Both the position numbers and the translations under genes were made by a program. This document shows positions 28,077 to 35,593 of a stretch of DNA of 64,000 nt, piece after piece (positions within the stretch are counted from its first letter, which is position 1; every line of letters starts with the position of its first letter). Origin of the DNA: a virus (lineage: Duplodnaviria; Caudoviricetes). Where the stretch lies: positions 128,001 to 192,000 of the IMG/VR virus record IMGVR_UViG_3300027740_000003, one strand, 5' to 3'. The notes beneath the pieces are model-generated. The model saw only the letters and a program-made list of their open reading frames with translations, did not search any database and was not told the origin of the DNA.

Positions 28077-28151
28077 TCGGCACACCCTGGATTGAACAGG
28101 GAGCCTCAAGTTTATCAGACTTGCGTGCAAAACCAATTACACCTTGTGCCG
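28077..28151 (-). tRNA. tRNA-Ile(GAT)
   Basis: CAAGT-CTGATAA-ACTTG, CCCTG-TTCAATC-CAGGG. Confidence 0.85.
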
Positions 28152-28158
28152 AATATTG

Positions 28159-28476
28159 TCAATTATCACTAGGCCAACATTTTTCACACCATTTCGTAAA
28201 AGGATTCCCACACCAACAAAATGTTATCCACCCCAGGTGCAACATACAATGCGGACCATCATAGTAATAATGTTCCCTACCAAAACGAAATTTATTATCT
28301 AACCATACTTCGTAAACCGTAGTGTGAGAAGACTCCCACTCCCCATTACTTTTATTCTTATATTGCCAAACAAATCCTATGTGCCACATTCCTGTTTCAA
28401 ATACCCATCTAAATGCAGAACAAGGATACTTTTCCCCTCTTGTCTCTGGAATCTCTTTAAACTTGTAAATTATCAT
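28159..28476 (-). CDS. aromatic-rich hypothetical protein
   Basis: 105-aa ORF within tRNA cluster. Confidence 0.65.
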   Translation of the reverse strand: MIIYKFKEIPETRGEKYPCSAFRWVFETGMWHIGFVWQYKNKSNGEWESSHTTVYEVWLDNKFRFGREHYYYDGPHCMLHLGWITFCWCGNPFTKWCEKCWPSDN

Positions 28477-28489
28477 TTTCTATCCTCAG

Positions 28490-28576
28490 CGGAGAGTGGT
28501 GGTCCCGCCCCACAAGGCCTTTTCAAACCTCCATCACCTTTCCAAGATGCTCCGAAACTTATTCGGTTCACTCTCC
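28490..28576 (-). tRNA. degenerate tRNA-Ser(GGA)
   Basis: GGAGAGT/ACTCTCC-G acceptor, TTGGAAA loop, long variable arm, but T-loop lacks TTC. Confidence 0.55.
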
Positions 28577-29149
28577 ATTACATATTATATCATATTCTCT
28601 GCCATTTTCCTTGCTAAAAATGCCATTACAATCATTTATATCTTCCAACAATTCCGGGTGAATATTCATCAACGCTTTCAACAAAACCACCTCTCCATCT
28701 TTATTAATAATTATCATTTCATCTTTCGTTATGCTAAAATCAAAATCCCACGGGTTCCAATTGCAATCACAATCAACCTCAGAGTCTCCATAAGAATTAG
28801 CAGTGCTATGAAATATATTATCTAAATAATTATACCAATCATCAATTGAAAATTGCGATTCAGCCTCTACAGAATAGCTAGCCCCACATCTGGGACATTT
28901 TTCGGGAGGATTATTTTGATCTCTTTTATCCCAAGCTTTTCTGCAACATGGCGCCATATATGTTTTGTATCTATTAATATGGTCTACATGTTCTTTAATT
29001 TCAAAAGAATATTTCGTATATAGATATTCTGCTAGGGAATGTAAAGCTTCTTTTCTTGTTTCAAAAGCATGTTCTGGTGTGAATATAAGCACAGCAGAAG
29101 TGGCAGATTCTACATATCCAAAAGTTAGTGCTATTGCTTTATATGTCAT
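28568..29149 (-). CDS. hypothetical protein with CC..CPRC
   Basis: start moved to MTYKAI; track start lies in tRNA-His. Confidence 0.7.
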   Translation of the reverse strand: MTYKAIALTFGYVESATSAVLIFTPEHAFETRKEALHSLAEYLYTKYSFEIKEHVDHINRYKTYMAPCCRKAWDKRDQNNPPEKCPRCGASYSVEAESQFSIDDWYNYLDNIFHSTANSYGDSEVDCDCNWNPWDFDFSITKDEMIIINKDGEVVLLKALMNIHPELLEDINDCNGIFSKENGREYDIICNGE

Positions 29150-29163
29150 GATGTTCTTTCTTG

Positions 29164-29237
29164 TGGGTCCTTCCAGAGTCGAACTGGAACCAGCTTCGGG
29201 CCACAACCGAAGGCTCTACCATTTAAGCTAAGGATCC
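29164..29237 (-). tRNA. tRNA-His(GTG), no encoded G-1, A73
   Basis: TTCGG-TTGTGGC-CCGAA; position -1 is T; discriminator A. Confidence 0.85.
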
Positions 29238-29248
29238 AAGTATTTTAG

Positions 29249-29495
29249 CGGCCATAGTGGAATTCGAATCCACATTGAAGATACAAATTCTCGTTTTGGA
29301 AATGTGCTTCCCTAGCGACCCAGGATCTCTGTGCCATTCGGTGCATCAGCAACCATGAGAAAATTCACATTAGTAGAGGTCTATCCGAGCATCACCCTAT
29401 AAACATTTGCTAATGCTACTTTATCTTCCCTCTTTCGAGTATAGGTTCCGATTTACATTTTTACCTACGCATTGTCCTTTTTATGCTATATGGCC
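29249..29495 (-). ncRNA. tRNA-like RNA with ~170-nt structured insertion replacing the anticodon loop
   Basis: GGCCATA/TATGGCC-G acceptor, GCAT-AAAAAGGACA-ATGC D-arm, GTGGA-TTCGAAT-TCCAC T-arm, 247 nt total. Confidence 0.75.
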
Positions 29496-29499
29496 CTAG

Positions 29500-29571
29500 T
29501 CGGAATTATAGGATTTGAACCTATGACTTTTTCTCTGTGAAAGAAAACTTCTACCGCTGAATTAAATTCCG
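29500..29571 (-). tRNA. tRNA-Val(CAC)
   Basis: TTTCT-TTCACAG-AGAAA, ATAGG-TTCAAAT-CCTAT. Confidence 0.85.
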
Positions 29572-29577
29572 AATCGT

Positions 29578-29778
29578 TTATGATTTAAAAAACTTTACGA
29601 GATCTACCTCATCTTCCATCAAAAATTCTTTTATCCAAACTGCATCACTGATGTCTTTTAAATATATAATAACATCACCACGGAATTGACCAATTGCAGA
29701 CACTTTTATATCAAGCTTTTCAAATCTCTTTTTAAGCGTATCTACAAGCAATATTCCTTTGAGCAATTTATCATCCAC
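29578..29778 (-). CDS. small hypothetical protein
   Basis: GTG start after AAGGA, downstream of promoter. Confidence 0.55.
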   Translation of the reverse strand: MDDKLLKGILLVDTLKKRFEKLDIKVSAIGQFRGDVIIYLKDISDAVWIKEFLMEDEVDLVKFFKS

Positions 29779-29796
29779 AATGTTCCTTAGGCACAC

Positions 29797-29825
29797 ACTA
29801 TAAACACTTCCGGCCCCTTTGTCAA
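29797..29825 (-). promoter_or_regulatory. sigma70-like promoter TTGACA-17-TATAGT
   Basis: near-consensus; reads into the tRNA cluster. Confidence 0.75.
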
Positions 29826-29932
29826 CCTCCGAGGTCCGTTATATCCACATTTTATACATTTATATTGTTTTATATATTTAATGAATTCAGAACAATGTTG
29901 GCAGAACATACTTATATGCAATATTAATCATC

Positions 29933-30009
29933 TGGTTGCGGAAATTGGATTTGAACCAATGTCCTTCAGCTTATGAGGCTGACGGGCTTCCTGACTGCCC
30001 TATTCCGCA
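29933..30009 (-). tRNA. tRNA-Met(CAT), initiator-like body
   Basis: TCAGC-CTCATAA-GCTGA, ends CCGCAACCA; lacks the 3 G:C anticodon pairs. Confidence 0.85.
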
Positions 30010-30017
30010 ATATTATT

Positions 30018-30245
30018 TTATCCAAATATCTCGTCCATTAATAATTCTTCAATTAGGTCATCAAAATCAATTTCTCTATATCCATAAACTGTTTCTTTTA
30101 TTTTATCTATTCCAATAGAATTCGAAATACCCGCTTTGCATTCAAATACTATTTTGTTCCTTGTTATATGCGCCATTATAGAAAATCTATTTCTATTTAA
30201 TTTTATTGTCTTGTTGGCCAAGTGTTTTATATAATCATCTTGCAT
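30018..30245 (-). CDS. small hypothetical protein
   Basis: 75-aa ORF between tRNAs. Confidence 0.6.
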   Translation of the reverse strand: MQDDYIKHLANKTIKLNRNRFSIMAHITRNKIVFECKAGISNSIGIDKIKETVYGYREIDFDDLIEELLMDEIFG

Positions 30246-30249
30246 TTTG

Positions 30250-30322
30250 CTGAGCTACTCCGAGTTGGACGGAGATTTCAAGGGCCAGAACCTTGCGTAA
30301 TGTACCGTTATACCATAGCCCA
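30250..30322 (-). tRNA. tRNA-Gln(CTG)
   Basis: TGGGCTA/TAGCTCA-G, CAAGG-TTCTGGC-CCTTG. Confidence 0.85.
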
Positions 30323-30386
30323 ATTTAACATACACCCTACTATATATCTCAAATCATTACCATAGTCAATATTTTCTCATATTCTT

Positions 30387-30737
30387 ATGACAAAGTTATT
30401 AAAACTAGCCAAAGAGTTTTCAAAGAAATATGCCCAAGTTCTGCCTTTGGGAGAAAGCGAGAAAGAACGAATCTCTGTAGGAGAAGCAGAAGCCCTTGCA
30501 GAAGAGTGGTATAATAAAATTCCACAAACACAATCACAATATACTACAGCAAAAGAACTACTAGGCTTCCTTACTGGCAATAGAGCCTCTAAAGCTCTTT
30601 TAGAAAGACCTATTACTGCTCATTCACGTTATTGGGCCCTTGATGATGTTAAAAAATATCATTCAACTGTTATTGACCCAGAACAGTTTAAAGAAGTTGT
30701 TGATGTCCTTTGGGATTACAAAAAACCCAATCTTTAA
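30387..30737 (+). CDS. hypothetical protein
   Basis: counter-oriented; N-terminal LLKLAKEFSKKYA. Confidence 0.7.
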   Translation: MTKLLKLAKEFSKKYAQVLPLGESEKERISVGEAEALAEEWYNKIPQTQSQYTTAKELLGFLTGNRASKALLERPITAHSRYWALDDVKKYHSTVIDPEQFKEVVDVLWDYKKPNL

Positions 30738-30849
30738 AACCACATCTAGCTCTATATTCTGTGATTTTGGTGTTGGTTATGGGTGATGCTCCCATCTTAA
30801 TTCTGCTTATGAAACAGACGCAATCCTGGATTGCTAAACCAACATGGAT

Positions 30850-30926
30850 TGGAGCCAGCCGCGAGAATCGAACTCGCCTTATTCCTGCTTACAGGGCAGG
30901 TGCTATCCCTTGATTGCTAGACTGGC
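30850..30926 (-). tRNA. tRNA-Thr(TGT)
   Basis: CCTGC-CCTGTAA-GCAGG, encoded CCA. Confidence 0.85.
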
Positions 30927-30933
30927 TGATAAT

Positions 30934-32307
30934 TTACTCTACACAACAGGCGTACTCACCTGTCTCCGTACACAAACATCCATTGAAATAATGCGGATGC
31001 ATCTCAATACAAGAATCAATTTCAAAACTATTCACAATTACAGTTCCATTCACTTGCCCACTACCATTACTTCCAAATGATGCCAGTGGTGCTAATATCG
31101 ATCCTTGAACTGCTGTACCACTTACCGATATCACTTCAGCTTCATAAAAATTCCAGATTAACTGATTGCAAAAGTCATCCAATGATACTGCCCCAGATCC
31201 ACAAGAAACTCCATCCGGCAATATAGTTGTTCCATTTACAAATCCAGCCTCTGTTCCCGAAACGTTTATTATAACCGTAGATGCTACAGGAACATTAATT
31301 GTAAATCCATTTGAGGATAACATATCTGAACCACTTATGGAGAATACATTCATTTCCGTATCAGTACCTGTAAACACCGTTGGAGAACCTACGTCTGTGG
31401 TTCCATTTGTTTCATATTCTGCTAGTCTGGTACTGTATGCAATTAATGTTTCCTCTAATGACTCGAAATCTACTGGCGAAGGAAGATCTCCCCAAACTCC
31501 TCCACATTGAGAAGTTCCATTAAGCACATTTCCTCCAACCCAGATTTTTCCTTTTATTCCTCCATTAGCATCTAGATCCCCTCCAACAACAAGAACGTAA
31601 TTTTCTGTATCACATTGAGATAGTTGAGCACCTACGCCGTATCCACTTAATGTAGCATTGCCACCAACCCACATTCTTCCTTCTGTATCACATCCGCTTG
31701 CATTTGCGTTTTCGAAAATTAGAAGGTTAACCGCTTCTTCACCAAAACCTAGAATGTCTGGGGTACAAGTGGTAATGCATAAGTCAGTGGTTCCGCCAGT
31801 TCCTAGATCAACAGAGCCTCCGGTTCCCAGGTCTACTGTGCCACCAGTACCAAGGTCAACCGTACCTCCCGTTCCAAGATCAATGGTTCCGCCTGTTCCT
31901 AAATCTATTGTATTTCCTTCCCCTCCTGTTCCTAGATCGATAGTACCACCTGTTCCAATATCATAAGTTGCTCCAGTGGAAGGGGCTTCCCCAGCTGTTC
32001 CTCCATAAGAGAATACAGAACCGGCCATTCCTGGTTCCAGGATGCCCGCAGAGCCTGCTTCGTTCTCAGGACCACCCGCAGCTCCTGGATCAGTTCCTGC
32101 TGTCTCAGAGCCACCTGAACCAATTATAATATCTCCTCCTGTTTCATTAGGAGCAGAGCCGGTAGCAATTCCACCGCCACCGGTAGTAATAGCAGATGTA
32201 GAGCCAGCAATTCCATCTGGACTTGTACCGACATTTATACTATTTGGTGTAGAACAAGACAGTAGAATTGTTGCAATTATAGATGTTAGGAACTTATTTG
32301 TTTTCAT
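30934..32307 (-). CDS. lipoprotein with Gly/Thr linker and choice-of-anchor A domain
   Basis: lipobox LLSC, (LGTGGT[IV]D)n repeats, DTEGRMWVGGNATL, LIWNFYEA, GSILAP.A, GQVNG. Confidence 0.8.
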   Translation of the reverse strand: MKTNKFLTSIIATILLSCSTPNSINVGTSPDGIAGSTSAITTGGGGIATGSAPNETGGDIIIGSGGSETAGTDPGAAGGPENEAGSAGILEPGMAGSVFSYGGTAGEAPSTGATYDIGTGGTIDLGTGGEGNTIDLGTGGTIDLGTGGTVDLGTGGTVDLGTGGSVDLGTGGTTDLCITTCTPDILGFGEEAVNLLIFENANASGCDTEGRMWVGGNATLSGYGVGAQLSQCDTENYVLVVGGDLDANGGIKGKIWVGGNVLNGTSQCGGVWGDLPSPVDFESLEETLIAYSTRLAEYETNGTTDVGSPTVFTGTDTEMNVFSISGSDMLSSNGFTINVPVASTVIINVSGTEAGFVNGTTILPDGVSCGSGAVSLDDFCNQLIWNFYEAEVISVSGTAVQGSILAPLASFGSNGSGQVNGTVIVNSFEIDSCIEMHPHYFNGCLCTETGEYACCVE

Positions 32308-32375
32308 TTTATCTTCTCATTTCTTTTATAGTTTGTAGGCTTGTTAACCATTAATATATGGATTTATTAGTTTAG

Positions 32376-32451
32376 TAGACCCTCCCACAATTGCAGTGGG
32401 GCAATCTCCCGGGTAAGAGCCGGGTGCTGTTCTCTGTCTAGCTTAGGGTCC
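32376..32451 (-). tRNA. tRNA-Lys(CTT)
   Basis: CCCGG-CTCTTAC-CCGGG; T-loop atypical (TGCAATT). Confidence 0.75.
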
Positions 32452-32524
32452 AAAATATTTTGTATAAAACGTGTAGCGCACACTTAAACATTCACACTGT
32501 TTTAATGGAGTTAAACCATATATC

Positions 32525-32564
32525 CTTCCGCTGGAACGATATGTCTTCCGCTGGAACGATATGT
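32525..32564. repeat. 20-bp direct tandem duplication
   Basis: CTTCCGCTGGAACGATATGT x2. Confidence 0.85.
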
Positions 32565-32670
32565 TTCCGAACTTAACAGTGGATTATTTCCAGGCTCCTA
32601 ACTGGGACTTTTTATACAAAATATCCAATACAACATAGAGTTCTAGACCTCTTATTTGTTGTAATAGTTT

Positions 32671-32973
32671 TTATTCTACAGATTTGTGTACATGATAATA
32701 TGTTCTTTGCCAATCACTTTCGTTTTGATCATGATCATATTTGTCTCCCTTTTTACGATTCCTTTTTAAATGATTAATTTTCGCATATGGGGTTGAATTG
32801 CTTGGCGTAAAACTCCATCCCGGGAGTTTGGAAATATTCATAATTGTTTTATGCACCATATTTTTTGATGCATTGAATTTCTTTGCTAATTCTTCCAAAG
32901 TTATATAGGAATCATTTTGTAATGATGATATTAAAGACAGTTGTAGATCTTCTAATTGTTTTTGTTTGTTCAT
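32671..32973 (-). CDS. HTH-domain protein
   Basis: ITLEELAKKFNASKNMVHKTI. Confidence 0.65.
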   Translation of the reverse strand: MNKQKQLEDLQLSLISSLQNDSYITLEELAKKFNASKNMVHKTIMNISKLPGWSFTPSNSTPYAKINHLKRNRKKGDKYDHDQNESDWQRTYYHVHKSVE

Positions 32974-32988
32974 TATAGCTTCCTTTTG

Positions 32989-33061
32989 TCAGCATATTCT
33001 GATTTGAACAGAAACTATATGGTCCCAGGCCATAGGTACTACCAGGTTATACTATATGCTG
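32989..33061 (-). tRNA. tRNA-Pro(TGG)
   Basis: CAGCATA/TATGCTG-A, TATGG-CCTGGGA-CCATA. Confidence 0.8.
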
Positions 33062-33065
33062 ATAA

Positions 33066-33154
33066 AGAATATGTTCCGATTCGAACGGAATTTAACCAAT
33101 ATAGGACTCGAACCTATTTAACCTCGTCAGGTTGGGAAACCCATCCCCATATTC
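33066..33154 (-). ncRNA. aberrant tRNA-like RNA with two TTCG 7-nt-loop hairpins
   Basis: GAATATG/CATATTC-T acceptor; ATAGG-TTCGAGT-CCTAT and TTCCG-TTCGAAT-CGGAA; no normal D-arm. Confidence 0.5.
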
Positions 33155-33158
33155 TTAG

Positions 33159-33230
33159 CGCCTCCAAGGGAACTCGAATCCCTGTATCTGCTTCGACAGA
33201 GCAGTGTCCTTGCCGCTGAACGATGAAGGC
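33159..33230 (-). tRNA. tRNA-Asp(GTC)
   Basis: CTGCT-CTGTCGA-AGCAG, G73. Confidence 0.85.
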
Positions 33231-33237
33231 AATTACT

Positions 33238-33630
33238 TTATGCACACAATATAAACCTTATAGGTTCTTTAACAATTTCCCAACTAAATATACATTTTAA
33301 ACTTTTATAGTCGTATTCTGTTTTATATGGGACAACAACCGCACCAATAAGAGAACCATATTGGTTTACATATTTACATTTTAAATTATTCATGGCATTA
33401 GTGATTTTGTTAAATTTTCTTTCTCTAATTTCACCTGGTGTCAAAGAAACTGTTTCGATTATTCTTTCCATATTATTCCTAAGAGGCCTGGGAGAGATTT
33501 GAACTCTCGACCCGGAACTTATCTTTGGATCTTCCAGACTTGAACTGGAAAGAGACGTGTATCTAGATCCCACAGGTTCCCGCTCTTCCTCTGAGCTACC
33601 AGGCCTTGTATTAAAAAAAATATCACTCAA
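33238..33630 (-). CDS. hypothetical protein ending RFILCA (FLVCA-type tag)
   Basis: 130-aa ORF; C-terminus TTT ATA TTG TGT GCA TAA. Confidence 0.7.
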   Translation of the reverse strand: MSDIFFNTRPGSSEEEREPVGSRYTSLSSSSLEDPKISSGSRVQISPRPLRNNMERIIETVSLTPGEIRERKFNKITNAMNNLKCKYVNQYGSLIGAVVVPYKTEYDYKSLKCIFSWEIVKEPIRFILCA

Positions 33631-33641
33631 TTACTAAAGCT

Positions 33642-33820
33642 TGGGGTGCTCTGCCATTGAGCTAGTTATTCTGATTATTCATTTCTTCGAGCCGGCACAA
33701 AGACGGCAGTTAGCTACCTGCCTAGCATTGCTTTTGTCCTAAGACATAACGGCTGAGAGGAAATTGCCTTTGCAGGGCTGATTTCTTCAGAATAGCAAGG
33801 ATTCGAACCTCTTCTCCCCA
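33642..33820 (-). ncRNA. circularly permuted tRNA-like RNA (3' half precedes 5' half)
   Basis: TGGGG..T-arm(GG TTCGAAT CC)..GCTATTCTGA, 112-nt spacer, TCAGAATAAC TA GCTC-AATGGCA-GAGC A CCCCA. Confidence 0.75.
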
Positions 33821-33824
33821 TTAG

Positions 33825-33898
33825 TGGCCTGAATCGGATTTGCGCCGATGACACCAAACTTTTCAGACTTGTGCTCTACGTAGCTGAGCTATCAGGCC
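33825..33898 (-). tRNA. tRNA-Phe(GAA)
   Basis: GGCCTGA/TCAGGCC-A, CTGAAAA loop. Confidence 0.85.
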
Positions 33899-33907
33899 AT
33901 ATATAAG

Positions 33908-33991
33908 TGGTGATGGTTGGATTTGCACCAACACAGGATAACCGGGAGTTTTACAGACTCTTGCCTTCGCTAAAAATAGGCGAGCACCACC
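33908..33991 (-). tRNA. tRNA-Tyr(GTA)
   Basis: GAGT-CTGTAAA-ACTC, long variable arm. Confidence 0.8.
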
Positions 33992-34037
33992 AAAACAACT
34001 ATTTAATTTTCATAGAACAATAGAATTTCTTCTATTA

Positions 34038-34113
34038 TGGTGAACCCAATCGGATTTGAACCGACGTTCTTCCGGGTGAGAGCCGGATGATTTTTCCGCT
34101 AATCTATGGGTCC
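34038..34113 (-). tRNA. tRNA-Glu(CTC)
   Basis: TCCGG-CTCTCAC-CCGGA, encoded CCA. Confidence 0.85.
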
Positions 34114-34148
34114 AAAACAAAAACCCGGCAACTTCTTCAAGTTCCGGG
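34114..34148 (-). terminator. rho-independent terminator directly upstream of tRNA-Glu
   Basis: CCCGG-AACTT-GAAG-AAGTT-G-CCGGG followed by TTTTTGTTTT. Confidence 0.7.
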
Positions 34149-34353
34149 CCGTGCATCCTTTTTCTTTCTGAGGTTTATTTCCTTTCCTCCATTGCACAAC
34201 CCGAAACATTACTAGGCTTATTAATAAAGCTATCCGGCTCCATATTATTATATGGAGAATGTTCCTGGAATTGTGTGGTTAATTTTATCATGTCCAAACC
34301 TATATCTTGTTATGCCTAGCCGTTCTCGACTTTTTCTTCGATTTTCTTTTATT

Positions 34354-34605
34354 CTACTCTATTATGTTTTTGATTATATACTCGGCACAGGACAATTTGT
34401 CCAATTCATAGTTCTTATTAATTATGAATAATGAATGGTAAAATCCACAGGAACCGTCTCTAAAAATGTGAAAATAAGTTCTACATATTGAACATTTATA
34501 TTTCGAGCAATAAGTATCTGACAATTTACTATAATTGTTTTCTATAAAATGAAACTCATGATCTTTTTTATATTTAGTTGGTATTGAATACCAAGGAGCT
34601 TCCAT
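34354..34605 (-). CDS. H-CxxC-C zinc-finger protein with IKNIIE tag (TAG stop)
   Basis: KKDHEF..YKCSIC..LSCAEYIIKNIIE. Confidence 0.85.
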   Translation of the reverse strand: MEAPWYSIPTKYKKDHEFHFIENNYSKLSDTYCSKYKCSICRTYFHIFRDGSCGFYHSLFIINKNYELDKLSCAEYIIKNIIE

Positions 34606-34727
34606 TATTCTATTATGCTTTTTAAACATTTAAAATTATATCCATTAACAGTAGGAATAAAATCATGATCTTTTTTAATATCAGGTGGTATTTTCGCAAT
34701 TAGCGCTGGCCATGTATTTTTTAACAT
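34605..34727 (-). CDS. 40-aa internally deleted zinc-finger paralog ending LKSIIE
   Basis: hand-translated MLKNTWPALIAKIPPDIKKDHDFIPTVNGYNFKCLKSIIE*; coupled by TGATG and TAATG overlaps. Confidence 0.65.
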   Translation of the reverse strand: MLKNTWPALIAKIPPDIKKDHDFIPTVNGYNFKCLKSIIE

Positions 34728-34978
34728 CACTCTATTATGTTTTTTATTATTATTTCATCGCAAGAAAGTGTTTTACCATTTATTATTGAATAATAAATAT
34801 AATTATGCTGCGGATATATATGGCATATTAATCCACATTTTAAACATCTATATTTCGACAGAAACCCTTGTTTGTTTTGTCCTTTATATCCAAAATATAT
34901 ATCAACATTCTTTTCAAATACATAATTATGATCTTTAATTTGATCATCTGGAATTTTGTGAAACGCTTCCTCTTTCAT
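34727..34978 (-). CDS. H-CxxC-C zinc-finger protein with IKNIIE tag
   Basis: IKDHNY..YRCLKCG..LSCDEIIIKNIIE. Confidence 0.85.
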   Translation of the reverse strand: MKEEAFHKIPDDQIKDHNYVFEKNVDIYFGYKGQNKQGFLSKYRCLKCGLICHIYPQHNYIYYSIINGKTLSCDEIIIKNIIE

Positions 34979-35262
34979 TCTATTATATCTTTTATTATTA
35001 TTTCACTACAAGTAAGCGTTTGTAATTCTTCTGATAAATATAGTCCATTTTTTTGACTAAAATCTAATCCATCAGAAAATTGATGATGAAATTTTCCAAA
35101 TATAATTTTGCATTCATCGGAATAAATTCTTAATATAATTTTACATTTAGAGCAAATATACCTCGAATAAAATAATTTATTTGTAGTTAGGTATACGTTC
35201 GAAACAAATGTATAATCATGATCTTTTTTAATTTCTTCCGGAATTTTAAATGCGGGGGTCAT
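34975..35262 (-). CDS. H-CxxC-C zinc-finger protein with IKDIIE tag
   Basis: KKDHDY..YICSKC..LTCSEIIIKDIIE; start moved to MTPAF. Confidence 0.85.
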   Translation of the reverse strand: MTPAFKIPEEIKKDHDYTFVSNVYLTTNKLFYSRYICSKCKIILRIYSDECKIIFGKFHHQFSDGLDFSQKNGLYLSEELQTLTCSEIIIKDIIE

Positions 35263-35593
35263 ATATACCAAGCTTCCCCCAATATAACTCAGCCACACGA
35301 TATGTCAACCCCGGCGGTCCAAATTTGTTGTTCTCAATCGCTGCCATTCCATTGTTAACATAAATAACTACATCCGCAAATATTCTGTTATTTAATTCCG
35401 TAAAAGGTCGCATCACCATCACTCTTTCACTATGGTTCCTTACCCATGTAGGATATCCAGGATTACTTGCTACATATCCATCAAATGCATACCCGTCCAT
35501 TAGTTGGGTTATAAATAATTGTTTTCTCAACGTATCCCGAACCTGGTCAGGCACATTGTTGTTCATAAACACAATGGCACCAGGTAATGTCAT
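35246..35593 (-). CDS. hypothetical protein
   Basis: 115-aa ORF coupled to upstream gene. Confidence 0.7.
   Translation of the reverse strand: MTLPGAIVFMNNNVPDQVRDTLRKQLFITQLMDGYAFDGYVASNPGYPTWVRNHSERVMVMRPFTELNNRIFADVVIYVNNGMAAIENNKFGPPGLTYRVAELYWGKLGIYDPRI
35281..35308 (-). promoter_or_regulatory. sigma70-like promoter TTGACA-16-TATATT
   Basis: precedes the tagged zinc-finger run 34354-35262. Confidence 0.55.

Noticed and set aside
27875-28264. Plus-strand ORFs overlapping tRNA genes (e.g. 27875-28264, 14964-15321, 29936-30118, 30710-31080, 32956-33219)
   Set aside because: Antisense shadows of tRNA genes or of better-supported minus-strand CDSs.
31166-32338. Pro-rich plus-strand ORFs (31166, 31658, 32042)
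   Set aside because: Reverse-frame read of the GTGG-repeat lipoprotein gene.
32525-32564. CRISPR mini-array
   Set aside because: Only two adjacent 20-bp copies with no spacer; a simple tandem duplication.
32570-32612. tRNA-Asn remnant (CTGTTAA loop)
   Set aside because: No pairing anticodon stem, T-arm or acceptor stem.
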